A stretch of DNA of 64,000 bases from positions 5,680 through 69,679 of the IMG/VR virus record IMGVR_UViG_3300013131_000041, one strand, 5' to 3'. A program made the translations under genes and the position numbers. Below are positions 39,029 through 47,991 of this stretch, piece after piece; the first letter of the stretch is position 1; every line of letters begins with the position of its first letter. The stretch comes from a virus. The notes under the pieces were generated by a model. It was given only the letters and a program-made list of their open reading frames with translations, had not been told where the DNA came from and made no database searches.

Positions 39029-39643
39029 ATGAATTCAACGGCGAAATTAGACATTAAAGGTTTTTTAAAGATATTTGACCCTATCAGCATGGAAGTACTT
39101 GTTGAAAAAACAAATGCCATCCATTACGAAAATTTCTCAGCGGCCCTAGCACAAAACGTAGCCAACAAAGGTACTAACTTTATTACAGAAATGCACTTTG
39201 GCAATGGTGGTACTACAGTTGATCCTACAGGCGTTATTACATATTTGCCTACTAATACTAACGTAGCAAACGCAGACTTGTACAATCCTACATATTACAA
39301 GATTGTAGATGACACAAATGCTGCTAATACAGATCCTGTGAATAACAAAATGGTAGTAAGCCATACACCAGGATTAAAATATACAGATATTGTAGTAAGT
39401 TGTTTACTTGACTACGGTGAGCCTAGCGGACAAGCGGTGTTTGATAATAGTCAAACACTCACAGGCGACTTTGTTTTTGACGAATTGGGGTTGTTTGGTT
39501 ATGTAAGTGGTGCGAGCGGTCTGGGAGCAGGCTTGCCGTTGCTAACACATGTAATCTTTAGTCCAGTACAAAAAGCATTAAATCGTTTAATACAAATAGA
39601 ATATACAGTTCGAGTACAAACTCTAACTAATTTGACAGCATAA
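39029..39643 (+). CDS. Baseplate / fibre-attachment structural protein
   Basis: MHFGNGG, FDELGLF, LLTHVIFSPVQK and IEYTVRV resemble tail-collar/fibre N-terminal domains. Sits just before the fibre genes. Confidence 0.6.
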   Translation: MNSTAKLDIKGFLKIFDPISMEVLVEKTNAIHYENFSAALAQNVANKGTNFITEMHFGNGGTTVDPTGVITYLPTNTNVANADLYNPTYYKIVDDTNAANTDPVNNKMVVSHTPGLKYTDIVVSCLLDYGEPSGQAVFDNSQTLTGDFVFDELGLFGYVSGASGLGAGLPLLTHVIFSPVQKALNRLIQIEYTVRVQTLTNLTA

Positions 39644-39656
39644 CTAGGAAGATAAA

Positions 39657-41018
39657 ATGTCATACATTGTAAATTTACCAGACGGTACCTTACTAACAAC
39701 AATTTTAGATGGTACTGTAAATAACACAGCGTCTAGTCTGACGCTAGTGGGTCGCAACTATAGCGGCTACGGTGAAATTATAGCAGAGGATCTAGTAGCA
39801 CTACTAGTAAACTTTTCTAAAAATACTTCACCAGCTAATCCAAATACTGGACAAATTTGGTATGACAGTGGCAACAAGTTAGTTAAGGTTTATACTGGCA
39901 CATCTTGGAAAAATGTTGGGTCAGCAACTTACTCATCAACTGCACCAAGTACTACAGTTGGCGGCGACTTCTGGTGGGACAGTGATGACAAACAACTATA
40001 TTGCTACGATGGTACAAGCCCATATGATATTTCAGGTTGGACTTTAGTAGGCCCTGGATATAGCAGTGCATCTGGCTACGGTAAGAGTGGCGCACTATTT
40101 GAAACTATTTCAGACGGCACAACATGGCACCATGTGGTATCGATGTACATCGACGGCACACGTTATGCAATCGTATCTGAAGAATCATTCACACCTAATG
40201 TAAGTATTACTGGTTTTGGTGAACTACAGATTGGATGGAACATGAGCTCAGACGGAACTAAAGGTTACGTCTGGGGAACTGCAAACAACGCTAGTTACCT
40301 AGGTGGTCAACCAGCGGCTAATTATTTCCGTAACAACATCAATAACAGTGGCACTGGTACACTATCGATTGTAAACAACGGTGGGTTAACTGCTGGTGCA
40401 TACGGACAATTTGTTGCTAATATTACAAGTAATAATGTAAGCCTGCACAACACAGTTACTGGTAGTTTAAATCTAGTAAACAAAGGTAATGTGGCACTAA
40501 CAGTTACGTCATCGGGCCAAATAACAGTAAACACAGACCCAGCAGTGGCATTAGGTGTAGCAACAAAACAATATGTAGATAATAAATTCAACGACACTGT
40601 GTTATACGGTGTACCTGTTGCACCAACCGCGCCATTTGGTACTGCTAATACAATGTTAGCTACAACAGAATTCGTTGTAAACAATTCGGGATTCTACAAA
40701 TACAAGATCTACCAAGGCAATAGTCATATGTGGATCAACGACAGCGGCGCAGGTAGTGCTAACTTAGTATTAGATGGCACAACCGTAATGACTGCCACAG
40801 CAAGTGGAGTAGTATTAAATAATGGTGCTACTGCTACAACACAAGGACAGACCTATAACACTTCGGGCAATAGTTTAGTTGCTACTACGCAGTTTGCTAA
40901 AACAGCAACAACATGGTGGGGCGGCAGTGCTAAGTTTGTAAGTAATATTGCACCTGCGGTAGGTGTAAATGACATTGGAAGCAACGACGGTGACTTCTGG
41001 TTCCAATACGCAGAATAA
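39657..41018 (+). CDS. Tail fibre protein (paralog 1)
   Basis: Shared N-terminal SLTLVGRNYSGYG...P..GQIWYD module; ATKQYVD and PVAPTAP.GT.NT.LATTEFV fibre repeats. Confidence 0.8.
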   Translation: MSYIVNLPDGTLLTTILDGTVNNTASSLTLVGRNYSGYGEIIAEDLVALLVNFSKNTSPANPNTGQIWYDSGNKLVKVYTGTSWKNVGSATYSSTAPSTTVGGDFWWDSDDKQLYCYDGTSPYDISGWTLVGPGYSSASGYGKSGALFETISDGTTWHHVVSMYIDGTRYAIVSEESFTPNVSITGFGELQIGWNMSSDGTKGYVWGTANNASYLGGQPAANYFRNNINNSGTGTLSIVNNGGLTAGAYGQFVANITSNNVSLHNTVTGSLNLVNKGNVALTVTSSGQITVNTDPAVALGVATKQYVDNKFNDTVLYGVPVAPTAPFGTANTMLATTEFVVNNSGFYKYKIYQGNSHMWINDSGAGSANLVLDGTTVMTATASGVVLNNGATATTQGQTYNTSGNSLVATTQFAKTATTWWGGSAKFVSNIAPAVGVNDIGSNDGDFWFQYAE

Positions 41019-41032
41019 TATAAGGTAAAGTA

Positions 41033-42310
41033 ATGCCATATTCAATAACGACTACATCAGGTGCTCCAGTAGCAACCGTACAAGACGCAACGATTAATAC
41101 AACATCGACCGCACTAACTCTAATTGGTAGAGATTATGCAGGATACGGTGCATTTCTTAACGAAAACTTTGTTCACCTATTAGAAAACTTTGCAGCAAAT
41201 GTAGCACCTAGTCAAAAGTTAACAGGCCAAATTTGGTACGATACTAGTGCAAACACATTAAAAGTTTGGAATACGAGTATCAATGCGTGGAAACCAATCA
41301 GTAGTTCGTTGGCACAGGCAAATGAACCAGACGGCGTAGATTCGAGTCAAGGTGATTTGTGGTTTGATACTGTTAATAATCAACTCCATGCTTATAATAA
41401 CGGATGGCAACTAATAGGCCCGCAGATAACAGAAACCGATGGTACTACATCTGGTTCGGTTGTTGAGGTAATACAAGATTCTAGTGATATTAATCACACA
41501 GTAATTAAACTATATGTAAGAAATACAGTAGTTGGTATTATTAGTTCTGATGCGGCATTTACACCTAAGACTTCAATCAATGGGTTCTCTACTATCAAAC
41601 CTGGTTTCAACTTAGCAAGCTCCACAGCAGTCGCTGATGCACAATATAATGGTGAAACTACTAATGCAACGACATTAAACGGTGTTACATCGGCACAATT
41701 TTTACGTAGTGATCAACCGTCTACTACAGCATACGCATTAAGCGTGGGTAATTTAGTTGTTGGCAGTGCATTGGCATTGAACGAAATTACTAGTAACAGT
41801 GAAGTACAAATTCAAAGCCTACTACCTAGTTACGATTTAAACTTATATACTAATTTTTCCGGTACGCCAAGTCGTACTTTGGGTATTAGCGGAGCAACTG
41901 GTGGTGTTACTGTAGACAACGCATTAGCAGTGTTGGGAGCATTTAGTGTAGATGGCACAACTACATTATCTGGAACTATTACTTTAGGTGATGTAACTAC
42001 TTTACAAAATAAAATTATACCTAGCGCAGATGGCTCGATCGATATCGGCGCTACAGCTACAAGATTTGCTAATGTACATGCTACATACTTTAATGGTATT
42101 TTTAACGGTAATGTACTAGCACAACAAATTACAGTAGGTAATGTAAATATTTCTACAACAGCAATTACAGTAAATGGCAACACTATGGCTACTCAGTCAT
42201 ATGTTACATCTTATGTACAAACAGCTGGCCGTAATAGTCAAGGTACCAGAACAATTAGTACCAGTGGCCCTAGTGGCGGCTCAAACGGTGATATCTGGTA
42301 CCAGGTGTAA
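41033..42310 (+). CDS. Tail fibre protein (paralog 2)
   Basis: Same N-terminal module (LTLIGRDYAGYGAFLNENFVHLLENF), QFLRSD repeat, and C-terminal GPSGGSNGDIWYQV. Confidence 0.8.
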   Translation: MPYSITTTSGAPVATVQDATINTTSTALTLIGRDYAGYGAFLNENFVHLLENFAANVAPSQKLTGQIWYDTSANTLKVWNTSINAWKPISSSLAQANEPDGVDSSQGDLWFDTVNNQLHAYNNGWQLIGPQITETDGTTSGSVVEVIQDSSDINHTVIKLYVRNTVVGIISSDAAFTPKTSINGFSTIKPGFNLASSTAVADAQYNGETTNATTLNGVTSAQFLRSDQPSTTAYALSVGNLVVGSALALNEITSNSEVQIQSLLPSYDLNLYTNFSGTPSRTLGISGATGGVTVDNALAVLGAFSVDGTTTLSGTITLGDVTTLQNKIIPSADGSIDIGATATRFANVHATYFNGIFNGNVLAQQITVGNVNISTTAITVNGNTMATQSYVTSYVQTAGRNSQGTRTISTSGPSGGSNGDIWYQV

Positions 42311-42312
42311 CT

Positions 42313-43191
42313 ATGCCTAAATTGTGGGTCAATGATAGCGGTACATGGAAACAAGTACAGCGTGCCTGGGTAAATCAAAGTGGCACATGGAAACCTTTAA
42401 AACAGGGTTTTGTCAACGACAACGGTATTAATCGTCAATTTTATCCCGAAGTAACAGGTAATGTAACATATTCTGTTCCAGGGCTATATACGTACACAGT
42501 TCCTGCAGGCATCACAAGCCTACAAATTACAGTAGCTGGCGCAGGAGGCGGTGGCGGCGGCGGCGACGGTAGTTATTCAGGCCATGTAGGGTATGGCGGT
42601 AACGTTGTTACTTGGACATCAAGAACTATATGGCCGGGAAACACCTTAGTTATTAGTGTAGGTTCTCCCGGACTTGCAGGTAGCACTGGCGGTGGAGCGG
42701 CGGGCGGATTGGGCGGTACAGATGCACGCGGCATATCCTACGGCGGCCGTGGCGGTAATAGTGGCGGATCTGGCTCGAGTGGCTCGGGTGGGGGCGGCGG
42801 CGCCGCAAGTTGGGTAGTAATGAATAGTGGTAATGTTGCCTGTGCCGCAGGCGGCTCAGGTGGAGGTGGTGCCGGTGTTAACTCTGCAGGGTTAGGAATA
42901 CTTAATATTAGTGCTAACCCGTATACTTACGGCTCACAAGGTCAAGATAAGTCGGGAGATGGTGGCGGTGCTGGTGGTGGTGGAGGTGGTTCTCTGCGAG
43001 GTGCTCCAGGCGGCCAAACAGTTGCTGGCGATAATGGCGCATATTCTGGCGGTTACGGATTAAGCTATGTTACACCTGTACCAAGTGAAGGCGGCAATTC
43101 GTCAGGGTATACTAGCAGCATAGCATCAAACGGTGGCTCTGCAGCCGCAGATGGGTCTGCGGGATATGTTACGATTGTGCCTTTAATTTAA
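42313..43191 (+). CDS. Glycine-rich adhesin-like fibre tip protein
   Basis: Trp-repeat N-terminus (WVNDSGTWK / WVNQSGTWK), YTYTVPAGITSLQITVAGAGGGGG and multiple polyglycine tracts. Confidence 0.7.
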   Translation: MPKLWVNDSGTWKQVQRAWVNQSGTWKPLKQGFVNDNGINRQFYPEVTGNVTYSVPGLYTYTVPAGITSLQITVAGAGGGGGGGDGSYSGHVGYGGNVVTWTSRTIWPGNTLVISVGSPGLAGSTGGGAAGGLGGTDARGISYGGRGGNSGGSGSSGSGGGGGAASWVVMNSGNVACAAGGSGGGGAGVNSAGLGILNISANPYTYGSQGQDKSGDGGGAGGGGGGSLRGAPGGQTVAGDNGAYSGGYGLSYVTPVPSEGGNSSGYTSSIASNGGSAAADGSAGYVTIVPLI

Positions 43192-43239
43192 GAGATCGTA
43201 ATCAAGATAAATAAGTATATTATTAAATAGGTTTAAAAT

Positions 43240-44679
43240 ATGTCATATACAGTTACTACAACAGCTGGTGCAACAATAGCAACAGTAGCAGACGGTACAG
43301 TAAATACCACAGCAACTAGTCTTACACTTATTGGTAAGAACTATGCTGGTTACGGTATTTTCTTAAACGAGAATTATGTTCAGTTACTAGAGAATTTTAG
43401 TAACAGTACTGCTCCTACAGCACCTTTAACAGGTCAATTATGGTATGACAGCACAAACGATATTTTAAAAGTCTACAATGCTACAACAAATACATGGAAA
43501 CCTATTTCAAGCTCAATCTCACAATCAACAGCACCTTCAGCAAGTATTAGTGTAACTGGTGATATTTGGTGGGATACAACTAACGCACAATTAAAGGTAT
43601 GGTCAGGAAGTTCTTGGGTAACCATTGGTCCTGCATACACAAGCACATCAGGTACTAGCGGGCCAGTTACTGAAAGTATCAATGACAGTGGTGGCAATCC
43701 TCATGCTGTTACTAAATTCTATGTATCAAATCAGGTTATTGCTATATTAAGTAAAGATGCAACATTTACACCACAGACAAGTATTCCTGGTTTTAGTACA
43801 ATCATTCCAGGGTTGAACCTAATCAGTCAAAGTACTTTAGCTGGAGCACAGTTCACTGGCGCCACAACTGGCGCAAGTACATTAGGTGGTTACACAGCGA
43901 GTCAATTCTTACGTAGCGATATTGCTCAAACAACAAGTTATGCGTTTGGCGCAGCTGGCGGGTTAACTGTGGGCAGTGATTTAACATTTGATACCAGTTC
44001 AGGTACAGCAGTAGTAGCAGAAACAACGTCAAATAAAAATATACGTATTGATATAAACAAAAGTGGTGTTACAACAACAGCTTTGACAATTGCCGCAAGT
44101 ACTAATACAATAACAGTAGCAAATGCTCTAGCAGTTACAGGTAATATTTCTGTAAGCGGTGGATTAACTATTGCATCAGGAAAACATATTACTCCAGCAG
44201 CTAACGCAACTAGCTTCTTAGGATCAGCAACTAGTAGATTTGCCAACGTGTACGCTACATATTTTGTTGGTCAAGCGATTACATCACAATACGCTGACTT
44301 AGCGGAACGTTTTGAAGCCGATACAACTTATGCTCCAGGTACGGTTGTTGAGCTAGGCGGAGTAAAAGAAATTACAGCAGCTGCTGAAGAACTAACAGAA
44401 AAAGTGTTTGGTGTTATTAGTACTGCGGCAGGGTTCTTGATGAACGGTGAAGCAGGCAATAATTTTACACACCCACCAGTAGCAATGAGCGGAAGAGTTC
44501 CTGTTCGTGTAACAGGTTGTGTATCCAAAGGCGATCGTTTAGTAAGCGCAGGCAATGGTATTGCACGTGCAGCGGCACGTAATGAATTAACACCATTTAA
44601 CGTAATTGGCCGCGCACTAGAAGATAAGCACACGAGCGAAGAAGGCACAGTTGAAGCCATTGTAAAACTAAATAGCTAA
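43240..44679 (+). CDS. Tail fibre protein (paralog 3) with C-terminal intramolecular-chaperone / autoprocessing-like domain
   Basis: Same N-terminal module. C-terminus has YADLAERF...GTVV.LGG..EIT...GVIST...VAMSGRVPVRV.G...KGD.LV. ATAAATA at 43207-43213. Confidence 0.8.
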   Translation: MSYTVTTTAGATIATVADGTVNTTATSLTLIGKNYAGYGIFLNENYVQLLENFSNSTAPTAPLTGQLWYDSTNDILKVYNATTNTWKPISSSISQSTAPSASISVTGDIWWDTTNAQLKVWSGSSWVTIGPAYTSTSGTSGPVTESINDSGGNPHAVTKFYVSNQVIAILSKDATFTPQTSIPGFSTIIPGLNLISQSTLAGAQFTGATTGASTLGGYTASQFLRSDIAQTTSYAFGAAGGLTVGSDLTFDTSSGTAVVAETTSNKNIRIDINKSGVTTTALTIAASTNTITVANALAVTGNISVSGGLTIASGKHITPAANATSFLGSATSRFANVYATYFVGQAITSQYADLAERFEADTTYAPGTVVELGGVKEITAAAEELTEKVFGVISTAAGFLMNGEAGNNFTHPPVAMSGRVPVRVTGCVSKGDRLVSAGNGIARAAARNELTPFNVIGRALEDKHTSEEGTVEAIVKLNS

Positions 44680-44695
44680 AAGGGTATAAAAAGAC

Positions 44696-45664
44696 ATGTC
44701 GTACGCACAAGGTGGATTGATACAAGCCAATGACTATAATAATTTAGCCTGGGGTGGCAATACCACTGGTACATATAATAGTTCTGTAACAAATTTGGCA
44801 CAGGTGATGGGTGTAGGGTATGGTTATAGAGGTTATGGCCAAACAATTACTGCTATTAACGTTGTAGACATTGGCAGCACAGTTACAGGTACTCAATGGG
44901 CGGGTCTAATTTATCTAACTAATCGTGCATTAGGTCACCAAAGCGGCGCAGGCGCACAATTAGGCTCAGGCGGTAACATCGGTACTACAGCAGGTAGTAC
45001 AATCACAGCGTATGGTAACGTAGCAACAGCAGTTGGTACCGTTAATACTAATGCAAATACAGCATCTGCACAAGGTAGCACAACTACTGGTAGTGTTTTT
45101 ACAGCTAACCCAAATGGTGGTTCTGGAACAATTTCAGGATCGTGGACTCGTACAGTTACTTTTGCAAGTGCTAATGCTGCTCGCTACTTCTTTAACTCCG
45201 GTGGTCAAATTAATTGGGTTATCACAGGTGCAACTAATAATAACGGCACGCTACGTAGTGCTGATTTAGTAACGCAATGGGCAACATATCAAGCAGGTGG
45301 CAGTGTTAAAAATAGCAGTGCAACCCCTAGAACAGGTAGCGGTGGCACACAAAACACTGCAAACACAGGATTAGGCTACTGGGCTTTAACAACATTGGCA
45401 CAAGAATGTTCAAAAATTACATCAGCAAACTATCGTTATGAATATAACAGTGATTATACCACTGTAAGTTTACGCACAAATGGAGTACAAGGGTCTAACG
45501 GCGATGTAGGATCTATTTTATACATTGACTTTGGTTGGTACATGTTCTCAACTTATGCAGGGTTAAACGATAACGTTGATGTTACGGTGTCACATCGCAT
45601 TGATATAGTGTATCCAGAAAGTACTTACTTGGCAAACACCTGGGGCACAGTAACTATATCATAA
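44696..45664 (+). CDS. Virion structural protein (fibre- or baseplate-associated)
   Basis: Gly/Thr/Asn-rich, with GYGQT and VTFASANAARYFFNSGG. Last gene of the fibre block. Confidence 0.6.
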   Translation: MSYAQGGLIQANDYNNLAWGGNTTGTYNSSVTNLAQVMGVGYGYRGYGQTITAINVVDIGSTVTGTQWAGLIYLTNRALGHQSGAGAQLGSGGNIGTTAGSTITAYGNVATAVGTVNTNANTASAQGSTTTGSVFTANPNGGSGTISGSWTRTVTFASANAARYFFNSGGQINWVITGATNNNGTLRSADLVTQWATYQAGGSVKNSSATPRTGSGGTQNTANTGLGYWALTTLAQECSKITSANYRYEYNSDYTTVSLRTNGVQGSNGDVGSILYIDFGWYMFSTYAGLNDNVDVTVSHRIDIVYPESTYLANTWGTVTIS

Positions 45665-45667
45665 TGG

Positions 45668-45705
45668 TTGCTTTTTTCTACTAGGGTCGCTATACTAGAT
45701 AATTA
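45668..45705 (+). promoter_or_regulatory. Sigma70-type promoter plus late-type TAATTA motif ahead of the modification operon
   Basis: TTGCTT (45668-45673), 17-nt spacer, TATACT (45691-45696). TAATTA (45700-45705) is 5 nt before ATG 45711. Confidence 0.55.
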
Positions 45706-45710
45706 CTAGT

Positions 45711-46025
45711 ATGAGCGACTTAAATCAATTAATCCAAGAAATACGGTTAGCCACTGACTATCAAGTCAATAAACGTATCTTACGAGAAAAAATCCAAACA
45801 GACTTACAAGTAGCACATGCTGGTGGCTTATTTAAAGTTACACCAGAGCTAATAGCGTTTATTAACAGCTGGGATAGCGATGAACTGTTCTTAGAAGATA
45901 CATACCAAAATCCAATCAAAGTTAATCGAAAAGAATTTCTAGAACTGTGTAAACAGCATTATCAAATGGTAATGAATACATGGCATATTCAACATGAAGA
46001 AATCAAACGTGCCCGTAAAGTCTAG
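45711..46025 (+). CDS. Hypothetical protein (104 aa), possibly a fibre assembly chaperone
   Basis: Clean ORF after the promoter. The chaperone guess rests only on position and size. Confidence 0.65.
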   Translation: MSDLNQLIQEIRLATDYQVNKRILREKIQTDLQVAHAGGLFKVTPELIAFINSWDSDELFLEDTYQNPIKVNRKEFLELCKQHYQMVMNTWHIQHEEIKRARKV

Positions 46026-46803
46026 AGGGGTATTAGTATTTGCCTTCAACACAGAAAAGACTGATTATGTTCGTATAGCAGAACAAGCTGCACGACTTGT
46101 TCATCACACATTAAATCTTCCTATCACATTAGTCACTGAACCCGGTGTTATGTCAGAACACTTTGACACTACTATATATGTAGATAACACACTTAAAAAT
46201 TTCAAAGTTGGTGAACAAGGTAGTTGGCGTAACGGTGATAGATTTAGAGCTTATGAACTTAGCCCATACAATGAAACCTTATTAATAGATACAGACTACT
46301 TAATGCTAGATGATAGCCTGCTTAAGTTATTTGAACAGGATTTTGATTATCGTATTATGAGCTGGAACAATAAACCTGCAACTCCTTGGTTACTAAAAAT
46401 GGGAATGTATAGTCACGAGTACTTATGGGCAACTGCTATATTATTCCGCAAAACTCCCAGGGCCAAGATGTTATTTGATCTTGTGGGTAGAGTGCAACGC
46501 AATTATGATTACTATAGAAGACTATATCATATGCGCGAAGGAAACTTCCGCAATGATTATGCTTTTACTATTGCTAATAATATCTTAAATGGTTACGATT
46601 TAAACTTTGATCAAGGCATAGTTACACCTATGCTAACTTTTGCTGATGTTACAACCAGCATCGCACCTAAAGGAAATATGTTAGTGGTCAAAGAGCAAGA
46701 ACGAGCCTATGTAATACCCCGCCAAAATATACACGTTATGGATAAAGGGTATCTGTTAAGTGACAACTTTAATGAATTCGTTAATACCGTATGCGCAGAG
46801 TAG
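45994..46803 (+). CDS. GT-A fold glycosyltransferase-like protein
   Basis: RGVLVFAFN, YELSPYNETLLIDTD (DxD), WATAILFRK and FRNDYAF. Confidence 0.7.
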   Translation: MKKSNVPVKSRGVLVFAFNTEKTDYVRIAEQAARLVHHTLNLPITLVTEPGVMSEHFDTTIYVDNTLKNFKVGEQGSWRNGDRFRAYELSPYNETLLIDTDYLMLDDSLLKLFEQDFDYRIMSWNNKPATPWLLKMGMYSHEYLWATAILFRKTPRAKMLFDLVGRVQRNYDYYRRLYHMREGNFRNDYAFTIANNILNGYDLNFDQGIVTPMLTFADVTTSIAPKGNMLVVKEQERAYVIPRQNIHVMDKGYLLSDNFNEFVNTVCAE

Positions 46804-47657
46804 ATCAATATAAAGCACAGCAGGGATTTTTCACAATAGCACAGAATAGTAGTGATGTAGATTACCTACGCCTGGCATATCTACAAGCATTAAGTATCAA
46901 ATTAACCATGCCTGGTAGTCTATATGCTGTAGCAGTCGACACAAATACCTTAGCGTTGGTCACAGAAGAACATCGCAAGGTGTTTGACTATGTCATTACT
47001 ATAGAAAACGATGAATCAGCCTATGATGACTGGAAACTACGTAACGAATGGCAGGCATTTTTCCTGACCCCATTTAAAGAAACCATTAAATTAGAAAGCG
47101 ACATAGTATTCACTCGTAGTATTGCACATTGGTGGAATACGTTCAGACTTAAGAACATAGTGCTTAGCCAAGGCTGTAGAGATTATTATGGTAATCTAAG
47201 CCGTGACCGAACATATCGACAGTTGTTTGACGATAACCAATTACCAGATGTATATAATGGCTTAATGTATTTCCGTTATAGTCCTGAGGCCGCTGAGTTC
47301 TTTTGGTATGCAAGATTGATATTTCAAAACTGGCCAGACGTCAAAAATACCTTAGTTAAATGCTACGACGACGAACCTACTACTGATGTAGTCTACGCAC
47401 TTGCGGCCAAGATCATAGGTGAAGAAAAGTGTACTATTCCGGGTGTGGATTTTATTAACTTTACTCATATGAAGTCGGCAATTAATAAATTTGCTAGTAC
47501 ACATAACTGGCAGGACTTAGTAGTACACGAAGTTGATGCACCAATGGTTAGAATAAACAACATAAATCAATATCATCCCTTGCACTATCAAAATAAAGAA
47601 TGGGTAACAGATGAATTAATCAAGGAGTATGCTGATGAATTGGCAAGAAGAGTTTGA
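46791..47657 (+). CDS. GT-A fold glycosyltransferase-like protein (paralog with ESD in place of DxD)
   Basis: GFFTIAQN, DYLRLAY, LTPFKETIKLESD, YNGLMYF, FTHMK and HYQNK align in pattern with the preceding gene. Confidence 0.65.
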   Translation: MRRVDQYKAQQGFFTIAQNSSDVDYLRLAYLQALSIKLTMPGSLYAVAVDTNTLALVTEEHRKVFDYVITIENDESAYDDWKLRNEWQAFFLTPFKETIKLESDIVFTRSIAHWWNTFRLKNIVLSQGCRDYYGNLSRDRTYRQLFDDNQLPDVYNGLMYFRYSPEAAEFFWYARLIFQNWPDVKNTLVKCYDDEPTTDVVYALAAKIIGEEKCTIPGVDFINFTHMKSAINKFASTHNWQDLVVHEVDAPMVRINNINQYHPLHYQNKEWVTDELIKEYADELARRV

Positions 47658-47991
47658 GTCAGCCCTTCAAGCATTTGGTACTATAGTAGAAGAACCAATT
47701 GAATACCGACTGCATTACGATTTGGGCGGTAATATTACCATGTGTACTATGCAACAACACCCGACAACAACAGATTACATTGTTGTAGATCGAGAAACCT
47801 ACAGCAATTATACCAAATATTGTGTTGATATTGTTAAAAAACGACTAAAAAAGATTGACATCAACCCCGGAGTGAGTGTACAATTAAAACGTAGCAATCA
47901 AGGTTATGCGGCGGCTAAAGACCACGCGGGCATTCTGTTGGAACCTGGTGAAGAATATTCTAGTGTAGAGTACTATGAAGCAAATTATTGA
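47629..47991 (+). CDS. Hypothetical protein (120 aa)
   Basis: AAGGAG RBS; overlaps both neighbours within the operon. Confidence 0.7.
   Translation: MLMNWQEEFESALQAFGTIVEEPIEYRLHYDLGGNITMCTMQQHPTTTDYIVVDRETYSNYTKYCVDIVKKRLKKIDINPGVSVQLKRSNQGYAAAKDHAGILLEPGEEYSSVEYYEANY
47855..47884 (+). promoter_or_regulatory. Possible internal sigma70-type promoter
   Basis: TTGACA (47855-47860), 18-nt spacer, TACAAT (47879-47884), about 90 nt upstream of ATG 47975. Confidence 0.4.

Noticed and set aside
42540-43060. GGC/GGT triplet runs as a VNTR or diversity-generating repeat
   Set aside because: They encode polyglycine tracts. No template/variable repeat pair or reverse transcriptase is present in the window.
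23517-44679. Many 60-130 aa minus-strand ORFs opposite the structural genes
   Set aside because: Antisense shadows of long genes with strong codon bias; no RBS, promoter or recognisable motifs.
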